From Squalus acanthias (lineage: Eukaryota): a stretch of 64,000 nucleotides of DNA. The stretch is from the NCBI GenBank assembly GCA_030390025.1, contig CM059432.1, positions 56,422,001 to 56,486,000 on the forward strand. The letters are read 5' to 3'. Made by a program: the position numbers and the translations under genes. Positions 24,781 through 38,873 of this stretch are shown piece after piece (within the stretch, counting starts at the first letter, position 1; each line of letters opens with the position of its first letter). The notes beneath the pieces were generated by a model. The model was not told where the DNA came from. It saw only the letters and a list, made by a program, of their open reading frames with translations, and searched no databases.

Positions 24781-26824
24781 GGGAACTGTAGCATAGTGGT
24801 AATGTCACTGGGCTAGTAATCCAGAGGCCTGGACTAATGATCCAGAGATGCGAGTTCAAATCCCACCACGGCAGCAGGGGAATTTAAATTCAGTTAATTA
24901 AATAATCTGGAATAAAAAGCTAGTATCAGTAATGGTAACCATGAAACTATCGGATTGTCATAAAAACCCATCTGGTTCACCAACTTGACCTCGTCATTGT
25001 GGAGACGAACTCGCATCTTCACACTGAGGACACCCTCCATCGTGGCACTACCACTGTGCTAAATGGGATAGATTCAGAACAAATCTAGCAGCTCAAAACT
25101 GGGCATCCATGAGGCACTGTGGGCCATCAGCAGCAGCAGCAGCAGAATTGTATTCCACCACAATCTGTAACCTCATAGCCTGGCATATCCCTCACTCTAC
25201 CATTACCATCAAGCCAGGGGACCAACCATGGTTCAATAAGGACTGCAGAAGAGCATGCCAGGAGCAGCATCAGGTGTACCTAAAAATGAGGTGCCAACCT
25301 GGGGAAGCTGCAACACAGGACTACATGCACGCTAAAAAGCGGAAGCAGCATGCTGTAGACAGGGCTAAGCGATCCCACAATCAATGGATCAGATCAAAGC
25401 TCTGCAATCCTGCCACATCCAGTCGAGAATGGCGGTGGACCATTAAACAACTAACGGGAGGAGGAGGCTCCATGAATAGCCCCATCCTCAATGATGGTGG
25501 AGCCCAGCACGTGAGTGCAAAAGATAAGGCTGAAGCGTTTGCAACCATCTTCAGCCAGAAGTGCCGAGTGGATGATCCATATCCGCCAAGACCACTCGGC
25601 TCCCGACCTCATTACAGCCTTGGTCCAAACATGGACAAAGGAGCTGAATTCCAGAGGTGAGGTGAGAGTGACTGCCCTAGACATCAAGGCAGCATTTGAC
25701 CGAGTGTGGCATCAAGGAGCCCTAGTAAAACTGAAGTCCATGGGAATCGGAGGGAAAACTCTCCACTGGCTGGAGTCATACCTAGCACAAAGGAACATGG
25801 TTGTGGTGATTGAAGGTCAATCATCACGGCCCCAGGACATCGCTGCAGGAGATCCTCAGGGAAACTATCTTCAGCTGCTTCATCAATGACCTTCCCTCCA
25901 ACATAAGGTCAGAAATGGGGATGTTCGCTGATGACTGCACAGTGTTTAGTGCTATTTACAACTCCTCAGATAATGAAGCAGTCCATGCCCGCATGCAACA
26001 AGACCTGGATGACGTTCAGGCTTGGGCTGATAATTGGCAGGTACATTCGCGCCACAGAAGTGCCAGGCAATGACTATCTCCAACAAGCGAGGGTCTAACT
26101 ACCGTCCCTTGACCTTCAGCGGCATTACCATCGCCAAATCCCCCACCATCAACATCCTGGGGGTCACCATTGACCAGAAACTTAACTGGACCAGCCACAT
26201 AAATACTGTGGCAACAAGAGCAGGTCAGAGGCTAGGTATTCTGTGGCGAGTGTCTCACCTCCTGACTCCCCAAAGCCTTGCTACTATCAACAAGGCACAA
26301 GTAAGGATGGCATACTCTCCACTTGCCTGGATGAGTGCAGCTCCAACAACACTCAAGAAGCTCGACACCATCCAGGACAAAGCAGCCCGCTTGATTGGCA
26401 CCCCATCCACCAACTTAAACATGCACTCCCTCCACCACCGGCGTACCGTGGCTGCAGTGTGTACCATCTACAAGATGCACTGCAGCAACTCGCCAAGGCT
26501 TCTTCGGCAGCACCTCCCAAACCCGCTACCTCTTCCACCTAGAAGGACCAGGGCAGCAGGCACATGGGAACACCACCACCTCCAAGTTCCCCTCCAAGTC
26601 ACACACCATCCTGACTTAGAAGTATATCGCCGATCCTTCATCGTTGCTGGGTCAAAATCCTAGAACTCCCTACCTAACAGCACTGTGGGAGTACCTTCAC
26701 CACACGGACTGCAGCGGTTCAAGAAGGCGGCTCACCACCACCTTCTCGAGGGCAATTAGGGATGGGCAATAAATGCTGGCCTTGCCAGTGATGATCACAT
26801 CCCATAAACAAATTAAAAAAAAAA
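24781..26824 (+). mobile_element. Internally deleted APE-RT LINE (CR1-group, Zenon-like) with a tRNA-like 5' head
   Basis: A box TAGCATAGTGG (24789) and B box GTTCAAATC (24854); RT motifs ALDIKAAFDRVWHQG and MFADDC; tail with AATAAA and an A-rich end. Clade assignment is tentative. Confidence 0.8.
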
Positions 26825-27087
26825 CACAAAATGGAAGAAATTTATGAATAGTATTCTGGTAAGTCACTCAGTTCTATTTCATGATGTTGTGTATTCTGTT
26901 TGACAGTGGTTTAGAATCTAGTTCTATTTTGATTTAAGACACAGCTGTTTGTTTTTCATGACACATTGGCTGATCATCTGTTGACCTCCCATTCATGCAA
27001 GCTATTTGGCAATTGTGTCCTGTTAGGCCTTCACTGGTTCCCAATTGGGATCTTAATTTTGTTCTTCAAAGTTAATGTACACACTGA

Positions 27088-27328
27088 CTAAATCTTTTCA
27101 AGGCGTAAGAATTTCATGGGCATTCGCTGGGCAGAAGTTGGGCAAATAGCCCAACTCTCCGCCCGCGGAGGCCCTGTTCCCGGGGATGTGTGCGATCTGT
27201 CAAGAAGATTCTTGACAGATCGCAAGTTCCGGGTTTTAGCGCATGCACTTCGCATGCCTAAACCCGAAACATGTGCGGTCCCTACGGGCGCGTTCGTGCG
27301 CACTTGTAGGGGCCGCAAATTACAGCCC
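27088..27328. mobile_element. Right-end fragment of the GGCCC/AAT MITE family
   Basis: Matches 2830-3043 and 15215-15343; ends GGCCGCAAATTACAGCCC followed by AAT. Confidence 0.8.
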
Positions 27329-27609
27329 AATATTTGTAGTTCAGATGTGTGTTGATTGGAGATTTTGATAGGGACTCACTCAAGAATTTGCCCCGTTATT
27401 TTATTTGCTGCGGCATAAATCAGAACTGGATGATCATTTCCATCAGGTCATTCTTTGGCGAGGCTCAAGTTATGAGACTGAATAGTTTAAGCCGTCTCAA
27501 TAGTTATTTGTTCCTTACAGCACACAGTCACAAAGCAATCTGATGAGTGAGCAGCTACCATCCGTCCCAATCAAGTTCCAATTGATAACATATATAAGGC
27601 TACCACATC

Positions 27610-27920
27610 GATAGAAAAAGCTGGCATTTATAAATAACCAAGTAATTATTTAAGGTGGTGTTGTTTGAGAGAAATGTTGGCCAGGATTCCAGGAGATCTC
27701 CCTGTTTTTCTTTAAGTCATGCAATAGGATCTAATTACATTCACCTGGACAGACCGGCTTTCAGTCTCATCCGAAAGGTGGCTGTCCCGTTTGAAAGGTG
27801 GTACCTCCAACAATGGGGTACTTCTTCAGCACTGAGGTGTCAGTCTGGATTATGTACTCAAATCCCAGAGTGTGACTTGAACCTTCTGAATTAAAGGGAA
27901 GAGGGCTACCACTGAGCCGG
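27610..27920 (-). mobile_element. Deu-domain SINE, degenerate
   Basis: Reverse similarity to 42360-42650 (GTCTCATCCGAAAG, ACCTCCAACA, ACTTGAACC, CCACTGAGCC). Confidence 0.65.
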
Positions 27921-29443
27921 ATTGAGAATGCTGCTACATGGAGCAATCATCTCACATTTGCTAAATATTGGTGTCTAGATTTAACTGCAGAGCACTGCAC
28001 TGCTGACGCAGTTCACTCTCAACAGCTGGATTTGTGACTTCTATACCTGGCCTGAGCGTAGTGCCTGCTAGCAGCAGTGCATTAGAGATTGGGAGCCTGG
28101 GGAAGTGGGAAAATCAGTCCTGGTTCTCGCTGCACTGTGACAACACGCTGCTCCACAATGTACTGTGTCACCATGTCACCCCTTGCCTTTGTTTTGGACA
28201 CACAATAACTGGTCTGCAGTCAGTATGAAAGAACAAATTAAATGCAGCATCTTATGCAAAGACTTGAAAATAGAGTGAAAGCTCTGTGATCGTGTGATTC
28301 CACAGAGGAAAATGTAATGAGGTGCAGCTGTGAAAATAGAAGATGCAATGTAAGATTTGTTTTGCTCCAAAGGAAATAGTGTTCCTTGGTGCTGTAGAAA
28401 AAATGGGAATGAAAGATCTGTGACTGAAAGGAGCACTGTTGTAGATGGATATAGAGAGGAAGGCAGTGAAAAATCAGCTTTGTTTCAGAGGGAATTTGTG
28501 ATTGGCGATGATTATATGAAGAGAAAGCAGTGAAAGATATAAGGTGCAGCAGAGGAACATGATGGTAGTAAGTGGTTGAAGTTACATCAAATCTATAGCA
28601 CAGAAACGGGCCATTCGGCCCAACTGCTCTATGTCGCTGTTTATGCTCCACACGAGCCTCCTCCCACCCGTTTTCATCTAACCCTATGTTATTAGTTGTC
28701 ATCTGAAAATCTATTCTTTACCTTTTGTATTGTCGAACCAAATCTGTAACGCTATTGTTTATTTCATATACTACGAAAGCTAGTAAAACTTGTGTGTTTT
28801 TAAAGTTTTTACAGAGAAGTACACAAATCATCCTGGTTCCCTCCAATGTAATATCAAACGGTTGAGTTTGCAATTGGCCCGCAGATGGATAGATTTTCAG
28901 ATATAAAATCTGAAGTAGGAAGTCGTAAGAGAAGTGGGAAATAGAGTTGTGGCGTAACTGCATGAATGCCCTTTTCATTATATGAAATATGTACTTTCAT
29001 ATTATGCTGTCAAATTGTGCTTACAATATTGGAATGGTTGGCTGATGAAATGCAAATTTTTTAATGCATTTTTTCTTTGGTAACTATGACAAACAAATCC
29101 GAGCTGTGTTCCTGATGTACAAGTCCAACTATATGAAATATAATGGCTCAATGTTTTCCCGCACTGTTCATCTGTAGAATTAACTATACATTTTGAAGTG
29201 TACACTGGATTTCCTTTCCAAAGCTGATTGTACATTCTAGCATTGTGCTGGCATAAATTCTTAACTGAACACTATATCTGCCTACACTTAGCTGTAGTAA
29301 TTAACTATGGAGTTTGCATAGGATTTGTTTTGTTTGATGGGTTTAGGAGTTTTAAAATATTAATGTACAAGCAATTGATAATTCATATAAATATTACATA
29401 AAAAAATAGACTGCTGATTGTGTTGCTGGATCTGATTCCATCT

Positions 29444-29878
29444 ATAAGAACATAAGAACATAAGAAATAGGAGCAGGAGTCGGCCATTTGGCCCTTCGGG
29501 CCTGCTCCGCCATTCAAAAAGATCATGGCTAATCTTCTGCCTCATCTCCACTTTCCTGCACTATCCTCATATCCCTTGATTCCCTTAATATTCAAAAATC
29601 TATCTATCTCTGTCTTGTGAAAATACTCAACGACTGAGCCTTCACAGCCCTCTGGGGTAGAGAATTCCAAAAATTCACCACCCTCTGCGTGAAGACATTT
29701 CTCCTCATCTTGGTCCTAAATGGCTGACCCCTTATTCTGAGACTGTGACCCCTGGTTCTCGACTCCCCAGCCAGGGGAAACATCCTCCCTGCATCTACCC
29801 TGTCAAGCCCTGTAAGAATTTGTATGTTTCAATGAAATCACCTCTCATTCTTCTAAACTCTAGAGAATATAGGCCTAT
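29444..29878 (-). mobile_element. CR1 3' end
   Basis: (ATAAGAAC)n tail; close match to 10044-10470. Confidence 0.88.
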
Positions 29879-31164
29879 CTAGTACAGAATGCTTAAGGAA
29901 ATGATGGATGTCATGTGTGAGCCACTGGTTCATGTATTGAATAGCTTATTGCAGTTTGGGCTGATTCCACTGATTGGAGGGAGGCTCATGTGATCCCATT
30001 ACTTAAGAACGGGAAGAGATTGGACACTGGGAATTTTGTGCCCTTCAGTTTGACATCATTGTAGGGAAGTTGCTTGAAATCATTGTGATCTTGGAAAGTT
30101 CAGTGATTATTAGGAATTCCCAGCTTGGCTTCAGGAAATAGAGGTCATGCCTCACTACTCTGGTTGAGTTCTTTAAGGTAATGACCCGAATTGTGGATAA
30201 TGGCAGTCATTTGGCATACCTACATTTCCAAAAATCTTTTGACAAACTTAGAAAATTACAAACCAGTGCTGCAAAACCTGGGAAGTGCCATGCCCATTCA
30301 GTGCTGTCACATCCATATCCTTCCCCCTTCTCTCATTTCTGATAGAAAGCAAGAATCCATCAGTGAGCCAAATCCCATAATCCACCCGAGATGTGCCACC
30401 TGCCAAACAACAGGTTCTGACTCCATAATGATAGCAGACCAACAGATTCCCCCATGCTGCTGAAATCCAAGTTGTGACAAAGTCCAGGATCATCCCCCAA
30501 TGATACCGAAGCCTCGGACAGCCCCAGTGCAGATAAATACCATTCCCGCTATCCAGTACTGCCAAGTATGTGGGCTTGGGATAAATAAAAGCAGATAACA
30601 TTTGCACCACAGAAGTGCCAGGAAATACCAACCTTCTAGAAAAACCCCAACCACCTCCCAAACCTTCAACAGCACTACCATGGCAGAGTTCTCCACCACC
30701 AACTGTTGCCCTGTGTTGTAGCCACTGTGTTGATATTGCTGGTACAGTTAAACTCTGATCAATGCTGACCCATCACATGTTGGGTGGGTCAGTATTGACC
30801 AGAGATTAGCTGGACCAACAATATCAATACCGTGGCTACAAGAGCAGGACACTTTGTCCTGAGTGAATTACCTTTGACTCCTTAAAGCCTGTCCAACATC
30901 TACAAGGCTCAAGTCAGGAGTATAATGAAATATGTGTCACACCTTTTTAATACCAAACGCTGTGTGCTCAAACCTGAAGACCGGCAGTTATGATCAAGGG
31001 TATGCTCATGGGATGCTCAAACAGTGGCTAGAACCAAATAGGAATAATGGAATCTGCGCTGGGGAATTCAGGCCAGCAGACTGAGCCAATGGACTTCATC
31101 TGCACCTTTATCCTTGAGGTTGACTTCCTTTTCCTGAATTCTTTTCAACTGTCTACGTAGTTAA

Positions 31165-31525
31165 ATTTATTATTCAAATCCCTCCATGGCCTCACCCCTC
31201 CTTATCTCTGTAAACTCCTCCAGCTCTATAAAGCTCCGAGATCTGTGCACTCCTCCAATTCTGGTTCCTTGTGCATTTTGATTTTCATTGCTCCACCATT
31301 TGAAGCCTTGCCTTCATCTGCCTAGGCCCTAAGCTCTGGAATTCTCTCCCTAAACCTCTCCGCTTGTCTCTCCTCATTTAAGATGCTCCTTAAAACCTAC
31401 CTCTGTGACCCTCACCTGTCATAATATCTACTTATGTGGCTCGGTGTTAAATTTTGTTTGATAACGCTCCTGTGAAGTGCTTTGGGACTATGTTAAAGGC
31501 GTTATATAAATACGAGTTGTTGTAT
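31165..31525 (+). mobile_element. L2-type LINE 3' end
   Basis: TTCAAATCCCTCCATGGCCTCACCCCTCCTTATCTC (FKSLHGLTPPYL), CTCCTTAAAACCTACCTCT, tail AAAGGCGTTATATAAATACGAGTTGTTGT. Confidence 0.7.
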
Positions 31526-32544
31526 GGGTACAAATTAAATTTATCATTACATTAAAATTATTTCCATAGCAGAGGATATTTGTGTAGCTATTTAGAAAAT
31601 TTTACTCTTTTCAGAAATATCCTGTGTGTACTGTAGCAGGTTGTTTTAAATAAATAGAATAATTCATAGGGTCGAAGTTCAGTGAAGTTGTAGTTGTTTA
31701 ATAACTGATGAATATAACTTTCTTCTCCTTACTATGAGATATTAGCAGCTGTAATAAAAAGAGCCAAGACTGACACACGTGCCCAGAATGCTTGACTGGC
31801 TCCTGTCAAAAAGCATGCCTTGATATTTGTGGCCATGAAAGTGAAGAATGTGAAAATGTAGCAAGAAGGTGATAGAGGCGGCTTGTTAAATTTGCATGAC
31901 TCCACCACTTCTTCCCCACCTCGAGTATGAAACTTAGCTAAAGGAACTTGCTGTAAATTATTTCAGATACAGAATATTTTGAAGATGCATCTTCTATTGT
32001 GGCATCAAATCGTATTCTTTGTCCTGGTTGACTGAGGGTTGAGGTTAAGATTGCTCATTGCAGTAAAAGCTATGCAATTCTCAATGCCCAATTGCATTTA
32101 AAATGCATTGTCTTGCAGATAACATTATTTAGTTTGGTGATTTGTGCACAATAAAAATATAATTATGGAGTGCAGTGAGTTTTATGGGCTGCTTATGTTC
32201 ATGCCTAGGTTTAGACTTAATTAAAACACTAAAATAATTAATTCACTGCTATCCTTTCATTCCTGCATAACTCAATTCTTCATAAAGCCTTCCTTCTTTA
32301 AACCTTATTGATGTGTACAATATAAGGTTTTGATATTAGGGACAAAATTGATGGGGTGCAGACAAGTTTTTTTAATCATTTTTGTTGTGGGATAAAAGTA
32401 CTCTACTTCTTTAAGATAAAAAAAAATCATCTTGTGTTCTTTTAAGGCACTTAAGCCTTAATGAAAGTATTACAGCTCATTGCTTCAAGTAAAATGTTAC
32501 TGCAGGTTTGCCAGTAGTCAGGTTGCGCTTTCTTGGAGAACATA

Positions 32545-32975
32545 AGAAAGAGAAAGAAAAACATTTCATTTCTAATGGCGTCTTTCATGACTTCAGGTCA
32601 TGCAAAAGTGCTTCACAGCCAATTAAGTATTTTGAAGTGTAGTCTTTATTGTAATGTAAGGAAACATGGCAGCCATTTTGCACATAGCAAGGTCCCACAA
32701 GTAGGAATAAAATGACCAGATCATTTTTTGGTGTTGGTTCAGAAATAAATGTTGTCCTGGACACGGAGCAATACCCTCTTTCACATCCACCTGGCAGGCG
32801 GGACTTCGGTTAAACATCTCATCCAAAAGACAGCACCTCCAACAGTGCAGCACTCCCTCACTGCTGCATTGAAGTGTCTGCATAAATTATGTGCTCCAGT
32901 CTCTGGAGTGGAACTTGAACCTACAACGCTCTAACTCGGGTTAGAGTGCTAGCCCTGAGCCAAAGCCGACACCTG
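32545..32975 (-). mobile_element. Deu-domain tRNA-derived SINE
   Basis: Reverse complement of 42353-42820 including the head (GGAACTTGAACC, CTGAGCCAAAGCCGACAC). Confidence 0.8.
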
Positions 32976-33429
32976 ACAAATAATTAAAAGTAAATAATAA
33001 TTGCTTCAATTTCTACATTACAAAATTGCAATTGTTCCATGGGGAAATGCCTCCAGTGACACTTTCCCAGGAAAAAAATATCTGAATGTTGAGAGAGATT
33101 CTTAACCATTCTGTAAACTGTCTCGCTTTGGGGCATGTTTTCTTCCTTCGATCATGGGCATAAGGTTTCCGGTTGTTTCCCACAGCAAAGAAAACTAACT
33201 TTGTTCATGGTATTGTTTTCAGCTCCCCTTTCTAATTCTAGGAATTGTGAGTGGGGTTGAGGCAGTTTTACACATTTCTTCAATTTTTAATGTAATTGAA
33301 TTTAAAGAACAATTTTTGAGCAACTTTTTGGCTCATTGACTGTTATTTTATTCAATCAAGACTTCTGCTGTGTAGTTGGCGCTTGGTTGACCTGCAGTTG
33401 CTGTTGGATATTGGTATCTGGCTTCAAAA

Positions 33430-36400
33430 TTTACAGAATATTACATAGTATTTACAGCACAGAAACAGACCATTCGGCCCAACAGGTCCATGCCGGTGAT
33501 TATGCGCCACGCAGGCCTCCTCTCCCACACTTCATCTAACTCCATCAACATATCAGTCATGCCAACCCCACCATCTCACAAATGATGTGACAACCTGATT
33601 TATAAACCTCATTAGTGGGACCGCTTATGTGGGACTTTATCAAAGGCCTTCTGAAAATCCAAATACACCACATCCACATGTTCTACCTTATCTATTCCAC
33701 CAGTTACATCCTCAAAAAAAACTCCAGTAGGTTTGTCAAACACGATTTCCCTTTCATAAATCCATGTTGGCTTTGTCTAATCCCGTTGATATTTTCTAAG
33801 TGTCCTGTTATCACATCCTTTTATAATAGACTCTAGCATTTTCCCTACTACTGATGTTAGGCTAATCGGTCTGTAGTTCCCTGTTTTCTCTCCCTCCTTT
33901 TTTAAATAGTGGGGTTACATTTGCCACCCTCCAATCTGCAGGAACTGTTCCAAAATCGATAGAATTTTAGAAGATGACAACCAGTGCATCCACTATTTCC
34001 ATGGCTACCTCTTTTAGTACTCAGGGATGCAGATAATCAGGCCCTGGGGATTTATCGGCTTTCAGTCCCATTAATTTCTCCAGCACTATTTTTTTACTAA
34101 TACTAATTTCCTTTAATTCCTCCTTCTCACTCGACCTTTGGTTCCCCAGCATTTCTGGGAAGTTATTTGTGTCCTCTTCCGTGAAGACAGAACCAAAGTA
34201 TTTGTTTAATTGCTCTGCCATTTCCTTGTTCCCCATTATAAATTCTCCTGTTTCTGACTGTAAGGGACCTACAATTGTATTCACTAATCTTTTTCTTTTT
34301 ACATACTTGTAGAAGCTTTTACAATCCGCTTTTATGTTCCTTGCAAGTTTACCCTCGTCCTCCATTTTTCCCCTCTTAATCAATCTCTTGGTCCTTTTTT
34401 GCTGAACTCTAAACTGCTCCCAATCCTCAGGCTTGCTACTTTTTCTGGCAACTTTATATTTCTCCTCTTTGGATCTAATACTATCCTTAATTTCCTTTGT
34501 TAGCCATGGTCGGGCCGCTTTTCCTTCTGTGTTTTTTCTATTACATCTTTAAGTAAGGATTTCATTATCTTTCCTACCACTGACATTAAGCTAATTGGTC
34601 TATAGTTCCCTGGACTTGTTCTATCTCCCTTTTTAAATATAGGAATCACATTAGATGTCTGCCAGTCCTCTGGCACTATTCCCTTTTCTAATACATTTTT
34701 ATATATGCAATAGTGCCTCTGCTATCTCTTCCCTAACCTGTTTTAATGTGCACGGATGCATCCCTTAGACCAGTGGTTTCAACCTCTAAGTTTGATTAGT
34801 TTATCAATTATCTTCCCCCTTTTTATGTTAAATGTCTTTATCTTTTTTGATATCTTCTTCTACTGTCATGTGCACCATGTTAGTCTCCCTGGTAAATACC
34901 GAGGCAGTGTAATTATTTAATATTTCTGGCATTTCTCTGTCGTTACCTGTGAGTTTATCGAGTGTATCCTTGGTGGCCCTATCCCTATCCTGATTTTTCT
35001 TTTGTTATTTATGTGTCTGTAGAATACTTTACTGTTTCTTTTTAATTTTGTAGTTTCTCTTTGCCGTTCTAATTATTTTTTCACTTCTTTCCGAACCTTT
35101 TCGTATTCCCTTTTGCCATCCTGTCCTTTTGTTGTTTATACACTTAGTGTATGCCTTTTTCTTTAGTTTCAATTTTTCCCTTATTTCTTATTCATCCATT
35201 GTGTCATTACTGACGAGTTTGTTCTTGCTTTTTAGTGGGATGTATTTCTCCTGGACACTCTTGATCACTGTTTTAAATAACTTCCACTGCTGTTCTATTT
35301 CTTTGCCAGTAAATTTTTCCAGTTTATTTTCCCTAGTTCCATTTTCATCCCCTTAATATCAGCTTTTTTCCTATTTATTACTTTGGTCTTTGTCTTACTT
35401 GTGTCCTGCTCAATCTTTATCTTATTATGTTGTGATCGCTATTGCCCAGATGCCCCCCCTTCACTTCCCTTATCTGTTCTGGTTCATTTCTCATTACCAG
35501 ATCCAGCAGTGCTCTCTCTCTTGTTGGACTTCTGGGTAAGAAAGGAGTCTTGCACGCATTGTAAAAACTCCATTCGCTGTGCCAGTTTATTTGAAGGGTA
35601 GTTAAAATCTCCCATGATTATTATTCTGTGTGCTTTACTCATTTCACACATTTGCTTACATATTTGTTCCTTCACTTCCTTTCCACTATTGGGTGGTCTG
35701 TAGTATATCCCTATTAGCGTGATCAATCCCATATCTTTTATTTCAATCCATATGGATTCTGTTTCGATCCTTCTGTTAGTTATGTCCTTTTTTTCTACTG
35801 ACATTGTTATCTCTAATTAGTACAGTTACCCCACCCACTCTTCTCCCTTACCTATCCTTTCTGATTATGTTGTAACCTGCAATATTTAGTTGCCAGTCCT
35901 GTTCTTTATGTAGCCACTCCAAACCATCGTCAACACGTTCACCGAAGCGTACGAGAGCATAGGCCTTACACTAAACATCCGTGAGACAAAGGTCCTCTAC
36001 CAACCTGCCCCCGCCACACAGTACTGCCCCCCGATTATCAAAATCCATGACAAGGCCTTGGACAACGTGGACCACTTTCCATACCTCGGGAGCCTACTGT
36101 CAACAAGAGCAGATGTCGACGACGAAGTCCAACACCGCCTTCAGTGTGCCAGTGCAGCCTTCGGTCGCCTGAGGAAGAGAGTGTTTGAAGACCAGGACCT
36201 CAAACCCGGCACTAAGCTCATGGTCTACAGAGCAGCAGTGATACCCGCCCTGCTGTATGCCTCAGAGACATGGACCATGTACAGCAGGCACCTCAAAGCA
36301 CTGGCGAGGTACCACCAACGCTGCCTCCGCAAGATCCTGCAAATCCATTGGCAGGATAGGCGCACCAACGTCAGTGTTCTTGCTCAGGCCAACATCCCCA

Positions 36401-37176
36401 GCATCGAAGCTTTGACCACGCTCGATCAGCTCCGATGGACTGGTCACATTGTCCGCATGCCCGATGCGAGACTCCCAGAACAAGCGCTCTACTCGGAGCT
36501 CCGGCACAGCAAGAGAGCCCCAGGTGGGCAGAGGAAACGCTTCAAGGACACCCTCAAAGCCTCCTTGGAAAAAGTGCAACATCCCCACTGACACCTGGGA
36601 ATCCCTGGCCCAAGACTGCACAAAGTGGAGGAGAAGCATCCGGGAAGGCGCCGAACACCTCGAGTCTCTTCACCGGGAGCAAGCGGAAGCCAAGCGCAGG
36701 CAGCGCAAGGAGCGCACGTCAACCCAAGCACCCCACCCACCCGCCCCTTCAACCACCGTCTGCCCCACCTGTGACAGAGACTGTAGGTCCCGCATTGGAC
36801 TCATCAGTCACCTGAGAACTCATTTTTAACGTGGAAGCAAGTCATCCTTGGTTCCGAGGGACTGCCTAGGAAGAGAAGATTCCTACTACGTCTGGTTCCT
36901 CACTACTGATTATTGCCTCCAGTTCCCTCCTTTTATTTTGGATGCTGTATACATTGCTGTACAGGTAGTTTAATTTGTCTTTTAATCATTGTTCCTTTTA
37001 CTAGATTTTTAACAGTCCTTTTATACTTCTGTTTTTTAACTGTATTTGTTCCCTGGCTGTTCATGTTACCCTTGTTGCTTACCTTGGTCTGACCTTTTAC
37101 CCTCATCTCTTATTTCTTTTATCTTCAGACTTGTGTTATTTTCACGATTTCCCTTCCCTGTCTTGCCAGTTTAAAG
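33430..37176 (-). mobile_element. Composite of CR1 fragments (tail, RT, tether, APE), split by RTE 35917-36879
   Basis: LKADKSPGPDYLHP; APE motifs ESIWIEI, GIYYRPP, IIMGDFNYP on the minus strand. Confidence 0.8.
35917..36879 (+). mobile_element. RTE-clade LINE, 5'-truncated
   Basis: HFPYLGS...SAAFGRLRKRVF...LLYASETWT...QLRWTGHIVRM; C-terminal CPTC..HLRTH finger; GC-rich; short purine tail. Confidence 0.88.
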
Positions 37177-37521
37177 TCATAAAATCATAGGATCTTACAG
37201 CACAGAAGGAGGCCATTTGACTCTTCATGCCTGTGCCGGATCTTTGAAAGTGCTGACAATTTAGTTCCATGCCCCAGCTTTATCCCCATAACACTGCAAA
37301 ATAGTCCTTTTCAAGTACATATCCAATTGCCTTTTAAAAGTTCCTATGGAATCTGATTCCACCACCCTTTCAGGTAGTACCTGTGAAGAAATTTCTCTTC
37401 ATTGCCCTTTAGTTCTTTTGCCAGTTATTTTAAATCTATGGGCCCAGAAATTGGGCTACTTACCGCTACCAGTTAGCACTGGAAACCTGGCGAAAAATGG
37501 CGACCACCACTCTAACACCCT

Positions 37522-38319
37522 TGTAAGATTTGAATCACAGGTCACACACAGATTACCCATAGGGTCTTGGGAGTTGTAAGGCTTTTTATTAGAGAGCTAC
37601 AGTTTAAGCATAATCAGATACTACTACATGCGATTGAAATAGATACAGTAGACATACAATCTGTGACAGATGAGGGCGATCTATGGCCCTGGAATGGAAC
37701 GAAACAACCGGACGAATGGACAGAGGTGTAGTATGGTGGTCTCTGATTGGATGGATTCCTGCAGTCTGTGGCAGCGGTCACTTCCGTTGGGTCGTCCCTT
37801 GAGCTGTTGGAGGTGTTAGGCCATCAGCCAGCATTGATCCACCTCGGAGGCTAACCTTGACCAAGATATTAGGCCGTAGCCACCTCGGGGAAGCCGTCGC
37901 CCCTAACTGCCTGCATTCCTCTCTCGGTCGCCTGTTTTTATGCCTTATTTTGATGGGCTGGCGGATACCTGGTGTCAATCATTTTTTCCCATCCCATTGT
38001 CCAATTACAAGGGAGAGGGTACCTCTGACAGTCCCCTCCCAGCCTCATGAGGTCATTTTCCTCCTTATCTCTGTTCTAAAGTTCTTGTTGCCCTCTCGTA
38101 GACAGCTTGTTTATCCTATAGCTCCTTGCTGCATCCCTCATCAGGCCTAGCTATGCCCACTCAAAGATCTGTTTTTGTGTTCAGACCTCGTAATTCAGCT
38201 CTCTGTGCAACTCTTTTTCTGACATGACTAGAATCTGTCTGTGTCCTCAACTTAGGCAAACTGCTGATCTAGGCAACCCGTAACAGACTATTATTTCTTT
38301 CAATCCACGATTTCTTACA
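37522..38319 (-). mobile_element. Solo LTR
   Basis: TGTAAGA...TCTTACA inverted termini; 4-bp TSD CCCT (37518-37521, 38320-38323); minus-strand AATAAA near 37585. Confidence 0.88.
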
Positions 38320-38733
38320 CCCTTCTCTGGCGTGGGACTCGGCGGCTGCCATTTTGTTGAGGTCATTAGCACTGCCTATAGTAGCGCTGGCCCTGGAGAT
38401 ACAAATGAGGAGAGCATTACGCTAGTCAGTGTACAACACCAACTTAATGTCACGCTCTGCGAACCTCGACATTAGCACTAAGTTTAATGCTGGGTCCTAA
38501 GCTCGCTCTGAAAAGCGAGCTTGCAGCAGACTGACAGAGATGCTGTCAGCACTTCTTAAAGGGACGTATGCATCTTTCAGCTAAGTTTGCATTTAAGCAT
38601 TTGGACTGGATTTTTTTCATTTTAATGAAGTAGTGGCTTGGTGCAATGCATGTTAAAAGTTTAGTGTGTAGCGAGTGCTGCTGGATGCTTGCAAGGCCTC
38701 GGGTGGTAAAGGAAGGCCTCTGAGAAGACGGAA

Positions 38734-38873
38734 AGTGCTGGAAATACTCAGCAGGTCAGGCAGCATCCATGGAGAGAGAAGCAGAGTTTCCATCTCCGAT
38801 CGGGATGCTGGCTGACCTGCTTAGTGTTTCCAACATTTTCTGCTTTTATTTCAGATTTCCAGCATCTGCTCGC
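38734..38873. mobile_element. Inverted Penelope tail mini-insertion
   Basis: GTGCTGGAAATACTCAGCAGGTCAGGCAGCATC is the reverse complement of the 14387-14418 tail and is followed by a forward copy; flanking repeat AGACGGAA at 38726-38733 and 38874-38881. Confidence 0.75.
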
